Part shown: in pieces, positions 62,628-64,000 of the stretch
Layout: every line of letters starts with the position of its first letter
Numbering within the stretch: position 1 is the stretch's first letter
DNA from: Azolla caroliniana
Taxonomy: Eukaryota; Plantae; Polypodiophyta
Direction: 5' to 3'
Assembly: GCA_043228905.1 (NCBI GenBank)
Contig: JBHGNT010000013.1
Coordinates: forward strand, 12,958,001 to 13,022,000
Length of the DNA: 64,000 bases
Program-made: the position numbers and the translations under genes
Notes under the pieces: generated by a model
Database searches by the model: none
What the model saw: only the letters and a program-made list of their open reading frames with translations
What the model was told of the DNA's origin: nothing

Positions 62628-63919
62628 CCGAAAACGGTGACGTTGGTGCCCATGTTCGGGCCGATCCCCATGTCATGGGGCAAACTAACACCTGTTTCGG
62701 GGGGTATGGTCTCCACTGCAGGCTGCAAATCCCCTACAAGATTCTCAGCCGATCGTTCCCGACCCGCTTCAAATAGATCCCGCGATACATTTGTGCTCCG
62801 AAGCGGTGGCACAACTTGCACCCCTCTATCTAACAGAGTCGTCGCCAAACCAGGTGTTGGTCTTCCTATCTTACCCTTTTCTTTGTCCTTGAGCTTGCCC
62901 GTCCGGATCCACGATTTCACTAATCTGAGGCCACTACCACATTCACGTTCCAACGGGAGGGGGGGCTGTGCCAACTTCTCTTCCGGGGTGGACGGTACAA
63001 GTTGGGGTTGCATCTCCATCGGGGTGGAGAACACGAGTTCGGGCTCCCGCGGGGGAAGGCGTGAGGAGTCGCACGGGGACAACATTGCTGCCAGCGCTGC
63101 TGGGTCGCCATCCCCTAACCCTTGAAGAAGTGTAAATCTGTTGGTAGCTCTCACCTGTAGGTCGGGTGCCTTGGCACTCCCGGAGAGGATCTTTACTCGT
63201 TTCAAGGGTTGCTCGTCCACGCTTGCTGGTGACAAGGTGGCAGGACTTCTTTCAAGGGGGTGGTCATGAAAAAGACCGGGAGAGGAGGCACCTAGGCCTC
63301 CAAGTTTCCCCTTCTTCTTAACGGGTAGCCAAGGAGCTTCTTCACCCTTGGTTGTCCCGACTTTGCCCGAGGGTCGTGGTCCCGAGCTTCCCTTTCCAAT
63401 CTTACGAGGACACTCCTTAGCTAGGTGTCCTGTCTGTTTGCAAATGAAACACTGCCCCGGGAGTCCCTCAAAAACCACTTTTACCACTGTGAGGCCTAAC
63501 TCCTCAGAGTAGAGTCTAATCCTTGATGGAAGTCCATGGAGGGAAGGCACCAAGATACGCAACTTGGACACCTCCGCGACTGTGTCTGCCATTGACGCTT
63601 TTTGAGGGCATATCATCCCTACTTGTTCGCCAAAAAGAGGGAGCAGATGGTACAAATGTGGAGGGAGGCCAGGAAATGTTGCGGTGATCACCCTAGGGTT
63701 GTTGAGTTTCCGTAACTCTTCGATCGGATTGAACCCTGGTGACCATGGTTGGAGCAACACCTTGCCGTACTTCAGTTCGAGTACCTTGAGCTCGACCAAT
63801 GGCTGCGCCAGCGAGTCATTACCTAATTCAATGTGGAAGAAGTTTTTCCCTAAACCCCTGACACTCTTGATTACCGGCATGTTCTCCAACACAGCCACCT
63901 GAAACATGTCCCGAACCAT
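62624..63919 (-). CDS. LINE ORF1 (5' end probably outside the window)
   Basis: CFICKQTGHLAKEC knuckle after a plant-L1-like PW...V.FEGLP segment; its stop overlaps the ORF2 ATG (ATGA). Confidence 0.88.
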   Translation of the reverse strand: MVRDMFQVAVLENMPVIKSVRGLGKNFFHIELGNDSLAQPLVELKVLELKYGKVLLQPWSPGFNPIEELRKLNNPRVITATFPGLPPHLYHLLPLFGEQVGMICPQKASMADTVAEVSKLRILVPSLHGLPSRIRLYSEELGLTVVKVVFEGLPGQCFICKQTGHLAKECPRKIGKGSSGPRPSGKVGTTKGEEAPWLPVKKKGKLGGLGASSPGLFHDHPLERSPATLSPASVDEQPLKRVKILSGSAKAPDLQVRATNRFTLLQGLGDGDPAALAAMLSPCDSSRLPPREPELVFSTPMEMQPQLVPSTPEEKLAQPPLPLERECGSGLRLVKSWIRTGKLKDKEKGKIGRPTPGLATTLLDRGVQVVPPLRSTNVSRDLFEAGRERSAENLVGDLQPAVETIPPETGVSLPHDMGIGPNMGTNVTVFG

Positions 63920-64000
63920 GCCCCGACTTGGTCTACCTGCCAGAAACCTACATACGAAGGAGGTACGCCGTAGGCGTTCGATTTCTTCCGCTAAGACACG

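Larger units (their letters stand above)
58127..64000 (-). mobile_element. L1-clade LINE, running off the window end
   Basis: 14-nt poly(A) at 58127-58140; ORF2 with APE endonuclease, RT and C-terminal zinc finger; ORF1 with a CCHC knuckle. Confidence 0.95.

Noticed and set aside
59296-63125. Long plus-strand ORFs opposite the LINE
   Set aside because: Antisense shadows of GC-balanced LINE coding sequence.

Overview
Eukaryotic, non-seed-plant-type heterochromatic DNA. It is probably a moss such as Physcomitrium; this is inferred from the retroelement lineages and not proven. The backbone is a tandem array of about 25 same-strand tRNA-Ser genes and pseudogenes (UGA, AGA and CGA anticodons) separated by modular AT-rich spacers. 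The array lies in four blocks (1-2290, 10548-13974, 41090-43212, 55655-58126), and 1-13970 and 41461-58126 are paralogous copies of one large segmental duplication. Nested mobile elements break it up: Tat/Athila-type Ty3/gypsy relics, an inverted Tcn1-type chromovirus derivative in 4 copies, tRNA-Trp-primed Ty3/gypsy elements with 4-bp TSDs, Ty1/copia elements, an L1 LINE and an RTEX-like LINE tail. The most striking insertion is an 11.9-kb DNA transposon (17768-29670) inside a copia protease. It has GGG-terminal TIRs, a 4-bp TSD, an intron-containing Sola2-type DDD transposase, convergent cargo ORFs (one a spliced coiled-coil/RING gene) and AGTACT-rich satellites. The only host protein-coding remnant is an internally deleted MA3-domain (MRF/ECIP1/PDCD4-like) gene fragment. 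All calls were made by eye, without database searches.
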